Assembly: GCA_013265495.1 (NCBI GenBank)
Contig: MU058198.1
Location: 7,145,779-7,209,778 of the forward strand
DNA from: Vicugna vicugna
Lineage: Eukaryota
DNA length: 64,000 nt
Direction of reading: 5' to 3'
Shown here: one piece after another, positions 38,851-51,900 of the stretch
How the letters are laid out: the number at the start of each line of letters is the position of its first letter
How positions within the stretch are numbered: the stretch's first letter is position 1
Program-made: the position numbers and the translations under genes
The notes under the pieces: generated by a model
The model's database searches: none
Told to the model about the DNA's origin: nothing
The model's input: only the letters and a program-made list of their open reading frames with translations

Positions 38851-41144
38851 GCAAAATAATATGCAGTGAAGGAGCTTGCGGGTGGGTGAACACAGACGTG
38901 CGGGAGAGGTGCTGGGGGCGGGGCATGGAAGCTCCGCTCCCTTTCCCCATACCTTCCGTGTGCATCTCTTCCAGTTTACAGTTCCTGCATTACATGCTTT
39001 TATAACAAATCAGTAACCTAACATATTTTAACACTTTCCTGAGTCGTCATTTCCCTGTATTTATTTAGCACCTGATATTTGTGATTGTATTACTTAATTA
39101 TTTTTTATCTTGGCAGGAGGGGGAGGTAATTAGGTTTATTGATTTTTAGAGGAGGTACTGGAGATGGAACACACACTTGATATTTGAAAAGAACTCAACT
39201 ATTAAATGAAAAAGCAGGAAGGCCCATCTTGCAAATCTCAGATCTCATCTCGGGTGCTCATAAAAGAAGAGCAAAAGGCCTCTAGTTAGCAGTCGTCAAG
39301 AAAAATGCTGAGTGGGGTCATTATATTTCCCCAGAGTCAGGAACAAAGAGGACCCAGACAAAGCTTCTGAGAACTACGGAGTTTTTAAGATGTATGGAGA
39401 TGCCAGACTGAAAATGTAACCCCATCACCCACCTATCATGTGCTCAGGCATATAACAAAGGGGCAGGTTAAAAAAAAAAGGTAATGAAGCCATGTGAAGG
39501 GTCAATGGGTGGACTGTATCATTCTTGTAACTTCTCTGTGTTTGAAATTTTTCAAAATACAAGAACATATAAAACATAGAAAGATCCAGAATCTGACTAC
39601 TCTTCCCCACCTTCACTGCTACCCATCTAGCCTAAGCCTTGTCTTTCCCCACCTCCCTTCAGGCTCTTATCCACGGAGCAGCCAGAAGGACCCAGATCAA
39701 ACATCTGATCCCACCCATCCCCTGCTCTAAACCCTGAGACAGCTCCCACCCCACTCAGAGGAAAAGCCTGAGTCCTCAAAGTGGACGGCAAGGCCATACC
39801 CACTCTGACCCTCATTCCCTCTGCTGCTGCCACCTAGGCCTCCGTGATTTCCATGGAGAATCTGAGCCCTGGGGCTTTTGTGCCATCTGTGGCCCCTTCT
39901 GGAAGGCTCTTCACCCAGATATCTAAATGGCTTTGCCTAGCTGTTTAAAATTGTACCCCTCCCTTTGGCCTACACACCCCATCCCCGACCCCTGCTTTCT
40001 CTCTCTGGCACTTTCTCACCTAATACACTGTCTTGTTTCCTTTCTTATTTTGTTTCTGTCTCTCTGCCCCTGCTGGAACGTAAGCCCCACGAGAGCATGG
40101 ATGTGTGTCTGTTTGCTGCTCTACCACCAGAACCTGGACAGTTCTTGGTACACAGGAGGTGCTCAGTGACGTTTATTGGCTGACAAGGAGTCCTCTGGCA
40201 GAGAGAAGGAAGAGGGCATCAGGCTGAAGAACTGTGCCCTTGTAGGCAAGGAGGCCAGAAAGGGACCAGGCAGGGACGGGTTGCCGTGAGCACTGGGTGT
40301 GCCTTAAACTTTGAAGCCTCCGCCCAGCCCGCAGACCTCCAGGAAGTCATGCGAGGTCATCAGATGTTCTCAGGTGCAGGACTGATGCAACCAACTGGTG
40401 TTCAATGAAGGTAGTGTTTCTTCCCTCCCCAGACTCCCATCTCCCATTAGGGTTTCGACTTTGAGCTCTGACCTTCTGCAGGTCTCTGAGGAGCTGTTTC
40501 CAGGCAGACACGCAAACAGACAGGAGCTGGAGTGGGAGAGCCTCCTCTTTGCCCCAAACCCAAGGCCAGGGAAGCCTCAGAAGAAGGGTCCAGGTACCTG
40601 AGCTGCATCACCTACTGTCTGTGAGGCCTTCAGTTAGTCCTGTCATCTCTCTGCCTGTTTTTTCATCTGTAAATAGGGACAATAATGCTATTTTTCAAAG
40701 TTCTTGGGAGGATTAAATTAGATAGTGTGAGGGGCCCCTAAGTAAGAGCCTGGTAAATAATGACTGATGCTGTAAGAGATGAATTGTGACGTCCCATCTG
40801 GCCCCCAAGGCCTGGGGCCCTTTCCTCTCATCCACAACCCTCTCCAGGAACAGGACTGACAAGTCAGGCAGCCCTTGTCCCCACTTTCCATCTGATCAGA
40901 AAGACACTTGTGTACTAATTTATCATTGAACATAATGGTTTTTAATTTTTATTAAGGTAATGCATACTAGAAGCACAGGGTGTTTATCATGAATGGTAAT
41001 ACTCCTCCCCTTTCCCTCCCAAGTCATGGTCCTGGAAAGGAACCATTTTTAATCCCTTTAACTGAATTCTTCTGGTGGGTCAACAGATATCTATATCCTT
41101 CAACAATATCCCTCAACAATATGCTAATTCTGCTATTTCTTTTC

Positions 41145-41233
41145 TTTTCTTCTTTTTTTTCACTGGGATTTGAACCCAGGACCTTGTGCATGCTAAGCAT
41201 GTGCTCTACCACTGAGCTATATACCCTCCCCCC
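41145..41233 (-). mobile_element. vic-1-type tRNA-derived SINE
   Basis: Minus strand GGGAGGGTATATAGCTCAGTGGTAGAGCACATGCTTAGCATGCACAAGGTCCTGGGTTCAAATCCCAG. TTCTGCTATTTCTT is repeated on both sides (TSD). Confidence 0.88.
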
Positions 41234-41692
41234 AGTTCTGCTATTTCTTGATATATCCATCTTGTCTACTGGCTTCTAGCTCCAATGGAAGAGCATTTGA
41301 CCCACTGGCCCTGTCCCACTTCCCAGGTCAACTATAACCCTCTTTTTAGGCCCTTTGTAACTGTCACTAAAGTTGTTTCTGTTGCTGTAAATAATAGCTC
41401 CCCATGGTCATTTTCAGTATCAGTTGTCAGGTGCAGTGGCATAGTGGTTGAGGGAGTGAACTCTGGGGCCAGACTTCCTGGGGCCAGACCCAGGCTCAGC
41501 CACTGACTGAGTGCGTGACCCTGGGCAACAAATGTCACCTTCCGGTGCCTCAGGTTGCTGATCTGTGAGATGGGTTAGCCTTGTCCCGAGGATTCAGTGA
41601 TTTGGGACTGGGGGAGCACTGGAAACAGTGCCAGCAACCCGTTAAAGAACACAATTCAATTGAATAAATTTGAGGATCTAATTGGCTTTTCT

Positions 41693-41760
41693 TTTTCAAT
41701 TAGCAATAATCGTGCCTCAGATAAACCTCATTGGCTATGATACTGCCACTGTGCAAAGCT
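41693..41760 (-). pseudogene. RNU4: U4 snRNA 5' fragment (nt 1 to about 68) retropseudogene with TSD
   Basis: Minus strand AGCTTTGCACAGTGGCAGTATCATAGCCAATGAGGTTTATCTGAGGCACGATTATTGCTAATTGAAAA matches the U4 5' end. Flanks are TAATTGGCTTT (41679) and TAATTAGCTTT (41761). Confidence 0.92.
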
Positions 41761-42284
41761 TAATTAGCTTTATTAAATGATCCTGAGTCAGGCAGTATCC
41801 CTCCTAGTAAGCGGAGAGGTACTCTGAGGGGCTGTGCACATGGAAGACTTTAATTGGCAGAAATGGGGCAGGACCAGGAGACGATTAGCAAAAGAGAAAA
41901 AAGGATTATTTCAGGCAAGGACACCTCTTAGAGGCAGGGATCAGGAAAAGTTGGGGTCTAATCAGGAAAATTACCCCACCAGTGTTGATCAAGAACTTCC
42001 ATGATGATTAATTTAAAACTTCACGCCTGGGAGAAGCTGAATTAGGTTAGGTATTAAGTTTTGGTTTTGGTGACTTCGCTTAACAGAAGTGACTCTATTT
42101 TGGGTCTGTTGTCTCTTTTTTAAAAGACCCTGAGTGCCATGTAAACATTGGCTGCTATAAATTCATGATTATCACTCTGTGGCTTCCCATCCCTAATCTC
42201 TCTTCTGCCCAATTTCTGATATGTGTACATTAATTGTTGCAATGCTTAAAGTAGCTAAACCTTGCATTCTCTTCTTTGCATTGT

Positions 42285-42505
42285 CCAGAGCTGCCTGTCC
42301 AATGTAGCAGTCACTAGCCACACGGGGCTATTTTAATTTAAATTCATTAAAGCTCATTAAGATTTAAAATTCAGTTCCTTGGCTGCAACTAGCCAGCCAC
42401 CTTTCAAGTGCTCTAAAACCACATGTGGCTAATGGCTACCACAACAGATAGCACAAAAGCAGAACATTTCCATCATCTCCAAAATTCAAGATCAGCACCA
42501 TCTGG
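42285..42505. mobile_element. MER3/MER33-like hAT DNA transposon relic
   Basis: GTCCAATGTAGCAGTCACTAGCCACA...AAAATTCAGTTCCT...CACATGTGGCTAATGGCTACC. Confidence 0.7.
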
Positions 42506-44429
42506 TCCAGAGTTTGAGTCTAAAAATGGAGAGCTACTAATTTTCTCTCCTTTTAAAGATTATATAAATATTGTTCAGTGCACAGCCTAATAATTTACTG
42601 TGATTACCCATTCTTAACTATACATCATTTAATTTTTTCTAAAGTTTCTAATGGCTTTTCCTAACTGCTTGCTCTGAGTGGCCTACCTGCCCCTCTGCCT
42701 CTCCCAATGGCTACACAGCTTCATCCTGGGACTGGTGGCTATTTCCTTCCCAAGTGGGATTCCCTGTTTCCTGCACCCCACATCCTCTTCTTTCATGGCT
42801 TATCCCCTCATTTTTGCTGGAACACATCCTCAAGTCACTTCCTAAGAAGAAGATAATCTTTCTAAATAATTTTGCACTTAAATATGTCTTTATTCTCACA
42901 TTTGCTTGATATAGAATTCTAGGCTAAAAATCATTTTCTTTAGAACTTAGAAGGCATTGACTCATTTTCTTCTAGGCTCTGGATACTTGATCTTGCTGAT
43001 AAAAACTCTGAGCCTAATCCAAGAGTTTTTTTTCCCCTTAAAAAAAAAAGGAAAAACTGGGAAGTTCAGCCTTCAATTTGGGAAGTTCTACTCTGGTACC
43101 TAAAACACCAAATAGCTTTTCATGAGCTCACCCTGAAGTATGAATAGACTTTAAAGAAATACCAGACATTCAAAAAAGCCCTGAAACTTGAAAGCGCTTG
43201 AGCTTGAAATCCAGATAAACTGACCCAATCATCCATCTTGCCTCCCTCTTTCCTAACGGTTTTTTCAGAGGCCACCACCTTGCATATCAGTGCACTGACA
43301 CCCTCCTGCAGCTCCAGGAGAGAGTCTGAGAGCAATCACCGCCATCTCCACCCACAGTTGGGTCAGGAAAGGGAATGTGACCCAATTCTGGCCACTGAGA
43401 TATAAGCTTCATGGAAAGGTCTTCCTTACTTGAAAAAAAACAAAAAACAAAAACAAACATAACAGGGCAAATGACTTCTCTTTTCCCACCAGCCATAAGT
43501 AAGGACACATCCCACAACTCTGAGAAGAACCAGCCCTAGGATGCTAACAATGTTGTGGGTGCAGAGCATGGAAATAAACAGCATGGGGTCCTTGAGGAAT
43601 TATGAAAACCAGATCAATGGGCCCTGAATCCCACCTGTCTCCTCCTGTGGACTTCCTATAAGTTTGATCTTTAGTTACTGCAGCCAAAAGCATCATAAAT
43701 ACATGAACAAAATGAAAAGTAATCCTGGAAAAAACAATAGAATTTATACAAAAAACGAAAGAAAATTCTGATATTCTTAGAGAAGTTTGAGAAGATATGG
43801 CCTCCTTAAAATAAGAACAGGATGCCATGAAAAGAAATAATTAGAGTACAAGACTGAATCCTTAAAAATTAAAACCGGGATACTGATTTAATAAAATGTT
43901 GAAATATAAAACAGAGTAACTATCCCGGAAAATAGAATCCCTCAGAAATGGAGGGTGGAGGAGAACATATGAGAGGCACATCACCTGCATTATATCAGGT
44001 GAAGTGATGCTGCTGTAACAAAAGATCCAACAATGTGGTTTCTGAAAGAATAAAGCAGGTTAATGGAACATGTCCAAGTTAAGTGGTGGTGGTCAGTGAG
44101 GAGCTCAGCACCTCACGTCATTCAGGGACCCAGGCCCCTTCCTAGTCATCGTTCTGCCTTTCACTAGGGCATGTCTGCTGTCTTGAGTTCTAACTAGCCG
44201 GAAGGAAAAGAGAGCATGGAGAAAGCATGCCTTGCCCATCTTCTTAAGCCTAAGACTAGAAGTCCTAAACATCATTTCCATCATATCCTTTTGGGGAAAA
44301 CATATTGGATGACCATGCCTAACTGCAAGGGAGGTTGGGAAATGTAATTCAGCCATGTTCCCATGGGGAGAAGGGTTAAGTGGATTTTGGTGGACAGTGA
44401 GTAGCCCTCACCACAGAGACACAGCAGAT

Positions 44430-45292
44430 CAATCCAAGAGACCCAAGCCAACCATGTCAGGAAGACAGCAACTAAAAAATAGCCAATGTAATCTTGAGAA
44501 AGAAGAAGGCATCACATTTCCTGATTTCAAACTACATTATAAAGCTAAAATAATCAAAACATTATGGGGGGAGAGAGTATAGCTCAAGTGGTAGAGCACA
44601 TGCTTAGTATGCATGAGGTCTTGGGTTCAATCCCCAGTACTTCCTCTAAGGATAAATAAATAAATAAACCTAACTACCTCCCCTCACAAAAAAAAAAAAA
44701 GTGACCCCAAAAAACAGTATGGTATTTGCATAAAACAGACACAAAGACCAATGGAATAGAATAGACAGCCCAGAAATAAACCCATAAAATACAGTCAATT
44801 AATTTACAATAACAAAGCTAAGAATATACAATGGAGAAAGGGCAGTCTTTTCAATAAACGATGCTGGGAAAACTAGACAGCCACATGCAAAAGAATAAAA
44901 CCACCCATATCTTATACCATACAAAAACAAACAAACAAATAAACAAACAAACAAAAAACCTCAAAACGAGTGTAAGTCCTGAAACCATAAAACTCATAGA
45001 AGAAAACTTAAGTGATAAGCTCCTTGACATTGGCCTTCACAATGACTTTTTGGATTTGACACCAAAAAGAAATATAAGTAAGTGGGTTTACATCAAACTA
45101 AAAAGCTTCTTCACAGCAAAAAAAACCATCAAAAAAAAAAAACCCATCATTAAAAATAGGCAGATGATCTGAATAGACTTGTTCCCAAAGAAGACATTCA
45201 AATGGCCAACAGACACATGAAAAGATCATTGTTGTATACCTGAAACTAATATAATGTTATATGTCAATTACATCTCAGTTTTTTAAAAAGAT
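44430..45292 (+). mobile_element. LINE-1 ORF2 fragment(s) with a nested SINE
   Basis: Translations GITFPDFKLHYKAKIIKT, PETIKLIEEN and WVYIKLKSFFTAKKTI are L1 ORF2 motifs. Confidence 0.88.
44566..44710 (+). mobile_element. Full-length vic-1-type SINE inserted in L1
   Basis: A/B boxes plus the AAACCTAACTACCTCCCC tail. TSD AAAACATTATGG (44556) / AAAACAGTATGG (44711). Confidence 0.88.
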
Positions 45293-45939
45293 GAAAAGGT
45301 TAACAAAAAATGAGAAAAAAAAAATCCAAGCCTAAGAAAGGGCAAATAAAGTGACCAACTCCACATTTGACTATGAGCTTCCTGGGGCTGACCCCAGAGG
45401 GGACAATTTACATGATGAGTTCTCTTAGTCAAAAAAGAAAGTCTTCTTAACCACAAGAAACCCAGTAGTTCCTCAGGGAAGTCCAGTGTTTTCCTGGCAC
45501 TCACTTCCAAAATTAATTTTCATGTGAGAACATACCTCATGTTGGTTGATGTCATGAATATAACGGCTGACAGGCAACACGTCAGTCAGGAGTAAGGGTC
45601 TGGGCCTTGAAGTCAGATGGACTAGCCTGAAAGTGACTCTGTGTCATTAAGTGTGTGCACTTGGGCACATTTCTGAGTCTCAGTTTTCCTGACCTTTAAA
45701 ATGCAAATGGGGAAAGGTATAGCTCAAGAGGGTATGTATATATATATAGCCCATGCGCTAAGCTGAGTTCAACCCCTAGTACCACTTCCAAAAATAAACA
45801 TAATTCCCCCTACAAAAGAAAAACCTAAAACAAAACAAAAAAAAAGAAAACTCTAAAAGAAAAAAGTAAATAAAATGGGAATAAAGGGTCTACCTCACAA
45901 TGCTATTAAATTTATTCATTTATTCCACCAATATTTGTT

Positions 45940-46930
45940 GAACATTAACCACGCACCCAACCAGGAAACAAATAAAGTGCCAGTCACCTGTCCTCCGGGA
46001 GGTGAACATCTCCTGAGGTGAGACAGACTCTAGACTAATCTATAGTGTTAGGTTTTATGGAGGAACATAAAGCAGGAAAGCGAGGATAGGAAGTGCTCCT
46101 TCCTGCAGGGTGGCCCCTCCAGAAGGTGCCGTCTAAGCAGGGGCCTGAGGGAAGTGAGGCAGCCAGCCATGTGCTATGTGGGGGAGGGAACTCCAGAGAA
46201 GGACAAAGCCAAGACAAGGGCCTTAAAACCAGATCATGTTTGGCATGTTCTGGGAACCCCTGAGAAGCCAGCGTGGCTGGAGCAGAGCATGTGATGGGGA
46301 GAGGGTAGGAGGGGAGGTCAGAGAGGAAACAGGGCCAGCTCCTGCCAGGTGATCTTAAGCACTTTTGCTCTGAATCAATGGAGAGCCGTTGGAGGGCCCT
46401 GCCTTTGCAAAGGGCCTTTCTGGCTGCTGGGGAAAAGACAGGCTGCGAGGGCAATGGTGGGAACAGGGAGGCCACTGAGGAGGCTCCCGCACCTGCCAGG
46501 TGAGAGATAACAGAGTCTGAACCAGGGTGATGGGAGACATGGAGGGGAGTGGTCAGTTGCTGAGTATCTTCTGAGATAAAACCAACAGGATATCTTAACA
46601 TTTTGGATAGGAGGGTGTCAGAGAGGGGATCTGACATCACCAAGGTTTTTGGCCTAACTATAAGAACCAAATTGTCACTTTCTGATATGGGAAGGCTAGG
46701 GGTGGGGCAGGTTTGGGGAGAAAGATAAAGAATTTACCTGGGGACATGCCAAGTCTGATATGCCCATTAGACACTCAAGTGGAGGTTTTAGGTAAGCAAT
46801 CCTCTATAAGCTTTTATAAGCACTTAAGGAGCTCACAGAATAGACCCACACTGAAGATGTAAATTTGGGGGCCACTGGTATTTGGGTGGTGTTTAAAGCC
46901 ATGAGGAGTTCAACTCAAGAGTGTTGATTA
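45940..46930. mobile_element. LINE-2 relic
   Basis: L2 motifs such as GCCAGCGTGGCTGGAGCAGAG, CCAAGGTTTTTGGCCT and GCCCATTAGACACTCAAGTGGAG. Confidence 0.7.
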
Positions 46931-48321
46931 AGAGAAAAAGACCAGCACTGACATGTGAGGTGGGTGTGACTCCAGTTACTGACAGGGCCAGCAACTGGCT
47001 CAGAGAGGTTAAGTGACTTGTCTAAGATCACACAGCTGATAAGGGGTAGAATCAGCATTCAAAACCAAAACAAGAAGTTCAGATCTTCTTATATGCCTCT
47101 AGAGTCATCTATGTAGGCTTCTGTTGATCTAACTTGCTCCATGGCTATAATTTAGAAGATTTAACTGGTGTTCATTCAGACTCTGAAGCTCTAGGTTGTT
47201 TCTCCAGTGAGCTTTAAGAAGATCAGGAGAATCAAGAGTCCAAGGCTGGGCCTAGAAGTCTGATGGGATTCCCACACATGGAGACAGAGCAGATCTGTGT
47301 GCTTTGCAAAGCCAGAGGTGGTAGGAATCAAAATACTAGATTTTGAAAATTGGAGGATCTGCCTAGGGATTGGCCAGTAAAGACATGAGTTTGGCTCTAT
47401 CCCAGAATAATGAGTGGAGTACTCAGCATTACACCCCAGCAGGCTTTTCTCCAGTCTGGAAAAATGTCACCCATTGATGTCAACAACCACTTGCCCTCAT
47501 CCTAGATCTAAATCGAAGGTAATGGTGCTCTTTTCTCCAGGACTGTAATAAAATTAAATGAGAAAATACCAATGAAATCACCCAGCACATGGTAAGCTCT
47601 GGCACAGAGTTTAATTTCTTTTTATTCTCTTGACTCAGCCATTAAGAATCTCAGCAAAGATCCCTCAGAAGCCATGGAACTTCCAGGGGTCCCGACCTGC
47701 CTCTGCCCCAGAAAACTGTTCAGTGTCCCACCTAGGAAGGGGTTTTCCAACAGTTCCTCAGATCCCTGGGGTTCAGAGATGGTGCTTCAGGGCCTGTCAC
47801 CCTGGGTTGGTTGTCATCTGCCCTCCACCCCCAGATCCCTTCTCTCTGCCCTGGAGGCTCCCTTGCCCTCTGGCTCCCACTTGGGTTCAGACACAGGTAG
47901 GATGGGCAGGAGATCAGAGCGGGAGAGAGGAGAGCCAGGACGTTCTTTTCCTTCCTTCCCTGCTCTGCGTCACACCTCTGGCAATGGCTTTATCTCCCTA
48001 TGCATGCCTGTAGCATCTGTGAGGTGGTCTCCTGTGATGCTGTGATTTGCAATAAGAAATATATACTTGGTCTTTGTCCCCATTTCTGGCAGAGAGCTCC
48101 CAAAACCACACACACATGCACTGGAATTGATAATCAGAATTTTACCCCTTCCTCTTTTTCTCCAGCTTTCTCTGGGGTTCAGTGACACTATTTCTTCCTC
48201 TTCCTCCATAGTTGTAGAGGTAGTAACATTTTCCCGTTATTTTTAGTCTCTGGGGGCTTCAACACTCTTTGTAGGTTCTTTATATCCATACCTCTACAAG
48301 GAGTCCATACATATTATAGCC

Positions 48322-48547
48322 TCTAGAATTGTGCTGTACAATATGATAACCACTAGCCACATATGGGTATTGGAATTTAAACTACAGTAATTAAAATTAA
48401 ATACAATCTAAAATGCAGTTCCTCCATTGCACTAGTCCTATTTCAAGCATTCAGTAGCCAATGTGGATAGTCGCTACCATTTTGAACACTGCAGATATAG
48501 AAGTTTTGAACACTATGGAAGGTTCTGTTGGACAGCACTGCTCTAGA
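48322..48547. mobile_element. MER3/MER33-like DNA transposon with CTCTAGAA flanking repeats
   Basis: GCTGTACAATATG..ACCACTAGCCACAT...TGTTGGACAGCACTG termini, with CTCTAGAA on both sides. Confidence 0.75.
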
Positions 48548-48705
48548 ACCAGCCGAGTGAGATTCTGTTTCCTGCTGGGAAGGACTGGTACTTACCTGCC
48601 CCAACATCCATCAGAACCAAAGCACCTTTATCCGGTTTATACATTTAACCTAGTTTAAACTGTCATTGATTCTCAACTATTCTAACAGGCATTCAAGACA
48701 TGTTT

Positions 48706-48910
48706 TATATATAAAATAGATAAACAACAAGTTTCTACTGTACAGCACAGGGAACTCTGTTCAATATCTTATAGTAACCTACAATGAAAAAGAATATGAA
48801 AATGAATATATGTATGTGTATATATATGACTGAAACATTATGCTGTACACCAGAAATTGAGAAAACATTGTAAACTGACTATACTTCAATAAAATAAAAT
48901 AAATAAAAAG
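48706..48910 (+). mobile_element. Short LINE-1 3' fragment
   Basis: AAATAGATAAACAACAAG...CTGTACAGCACAGGGAAC...GTAAACTGACTATACTTCAAT(AAAAT)n. Confidence 0.85.
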
Positions 48911-51900
48911 ACATAATGTTTAACCTCATGCACTGCAGATGAGAACATGCAAGGGCACAGCCGTTTTAGAAAAGTTTGGCAGTTCCTTAATATACAAAAT
49001 GTTTTTAACCGTCTGGTCTTGAATAGTAGAAGTTAGCCAGTCAGAGAGAAGAGGGAAGAGAACTTCAGAGGGAAAGAAGAGCTTCAGCAAAGGCCTGGAG
49101 GCAACAAAGAGCCTGTGGGATGGAAGCTTCTGGAAGTTCACTGTGGCTGGAGAATGGGGTCTGGGAAGGGCTGAAAGCAGTAAACACAGGCCTGTAGGCC
49201 CTTGTTAGGACAGGCAGTAGTAAATCTGCCAAGCTTCCTATTCTGTCACTGGCCCAGGGTCCTGGGCAGTCTTGACAGTAATGGCACCATGCTGGTGTCC
49301 TGCCACCTGCTGCCCACTTTGGAACTTGCAAAGACCAGTGTCTTCCTGACACAGCCACAGGAGTCAAGTTCAGTTAACACACACTGGTGCAGCTGGCCCA
49401 TTTGTTAAGATACTGGAATAGTTCTGTACCTCTGTGTGGAGAGCCACTGGCCAAGGCAACCCCTCCAGTGCCCCTATGCCAGTCACTCTGGGTATTCCTT
49501 CAGGAAACCGCAGAAGGGCCCACATTCCTGTTACTGATGTGTTTACACCTGAATAACAATAGTACATCTGCTCCTGTGTTACTATAAGGACTAATGTGTG
49601 AACAATTTAGCCTAGTGCCTAAGCACACATTATTAGTACTTAATAAATGTTGGCTATTATTATCATCACCAAGGCAACTTTAGGAACAATCAGAGCAAAG
49701 AATGTTCCCCAGAAGACAAACCTCCAGGGGGCTTCAGATAGATGTCACGTGCCCTGCCTCCTCATGGATCCCAGACTAGTTGGTGGCAGGGAGCCCATGG
49801 GCATGACATTCAAGGCTAGGCTTCTCCCACCAGTTTGCTCCTCCATGCTCACCTCTAGCCCACACAGCCTCGGTGTTCATGAACCCAGGGAATAGGGCCT
49901 CCTGCTGACCTCCATGGAGGACTCTGGGGACATTCGTGGAGAACCAGAAGCTGCCCTCTACTGTCTCTACTGCCACTGATACTGGGGCACAAGGTGGGGC
50001 TGGGCTGGGGTGCAGCACAGTGTAATCAGAGAGCCTGACTGGGGCTCTGGCCAGAATGGAGTAAAGAGTCAAATATACCTACCTTCCTTAAACAAGTGAA
50101 AATCCTCACAAAATCCAGGCGTTTCAGACACTAAACAACAGGCTGTGCAAGATGGTAACTTATTTAGGTCCTTAAGTAATGTCAAACACCCTCCTCTTCT
50201 CCTGTCAAATAGAGATGGGTTTAGCCTGGGAAGTCTGGGTCAGATAAGAGGTAGCAGCACCCTTAGGCCAGAGGGTAAATGCCCACATTGTGTCCAAGTG
50301 TGAAGAGGTCGAGATAGAGAAATGTGTCCATAACCGGGCACTGGAGCCGCAGGGCTGATGGCACTGAGAGCTGCAGAGCAGAGACACGTGGGGTAGCAGG
50401 TGGAGAACAGGAAAGTGAGAACAAGGATGATAGCATCAGAACAGGAAAACCAGAGGCTGCCCAAGCAAATCTCAGACATCATCAGCAACTGCAGCTGGGT
50501 TTTCTAGGCTTGTCACATGCAGTCTTTACCCAGGTAAGTGAGGTCTCACCTACAGGGCAGGCTGGGCCAGATAAGCCTCCTGGAGAACAGGGCAGCAGTG
50601 GCCCCCAGCCAGCCGATTGGAGATGTATGCTGGGGTGGCCCCCATGGAGGAGGCTAAAGGTGGGCTAGAAAGTGCTGAACTTACCACGAAGAGCATATCA
50701 TTGAACATGGGGAACAGCCAAAAAGACCAAGGAGCAGCCTGGCCTCCACAGGAAGTTCAGAAATGACTACTGACTTGAAGGAACATTTCTACCCTGGGGT
50801 CCTGCGCAAAACACCTGCTACTAAATCTGCCCTTGAGAGAAATTCCTCTTGGGTTGCAGCATCAGGAAGAGCTGGGCATCCCCAGGGCTCTAGCTTGGTT
50901 CTGGCTGGAAGCAGATTGGAAGGCAAACTGCCAGGTTCAGGCCTCCCCACTTCCTGAGAACTTGGGGTTCAGTGATTGTGCAATCAGGCAGCAAGCCAGC
51001 TGGGCGGGTCTAGAAGGGGTGGCAGATGCGTCAAAGTTGTGAAGACACCCAGACTCCTCAGGCTTTGTGGAGCCTGATTCTTCATTCATCTGAACCCCTT
51101 TGAGGGGTTGTCCTTGTCTTTCCTGGGGCACCCCCAGATGCCCAGGGCAGAGGATGAGACCCCAGACCTCCACTGGTAGCACCCAGAATCGCCTTCCCCT
51201 ACTCCTGTTACTCTTCTGGAAAATGGATTGCCAAAGGTAAGAGGCTGTATTTCAGAGGGTCTGGTGTCCCAGATGCAGTGATGACATCTGCAGCTTTTAC
51301 CCTGAACCCCTTACAAATTTGTTCATGACTCAGTGACACCCCCAGGAGTTAGAATGCTCCTAACGACCCCTCAGCCCTGCCTCCTTGGGAGACACTTGGG
51401 TGCAGACATCTGTATGCTGACCATCCAGCACACCTTGCCCCTTCTGGGGCTGAAAAGACAGTCAAACAGGCTCCCACACTCCAGTCTGGCTCAAGAGGGT
51501 GCTGTCTCTCTGACACACAGGACAGGGAAAGAAGAGGTTCGTTTCCTATTCATTCATCAGCTGATCCCGTCTCAGGCTAACTGGTGGAGTCAGACCAGGA
51601 GAAACCACTTGCATGCGCATCAGACGTCTGTGCTACTGGGCACCGCGCAAGAAACGATGACCAACCTGGGAAGTGGGGATTGGGAGTCCAGAAGCCTTTA
51701 GGCAGAGGAGGCCTAGAACTATGTCACAGCAGACAGAGTCACTGGTCTGTCGTGCTGGAAGGTCAGGAAAGAGAGAAGAGCATCACAGGCCAGGCCTGGA
51801 GAAATGAATGGTTTGTCCTGTTCTGGGAGCAGCCTGGAGCCTGGAGTTGGGCAGAGAAGGGGGAAGGGAAGCAAAGGCAGATGTGGAGATGGAGGGGCTG

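Noticed and set aside
44566..44645. tRNA-Ala-like genes
   Set aside because: These are SINE heads with SINE tails, poly-A and TSDs, not tRNA genes.
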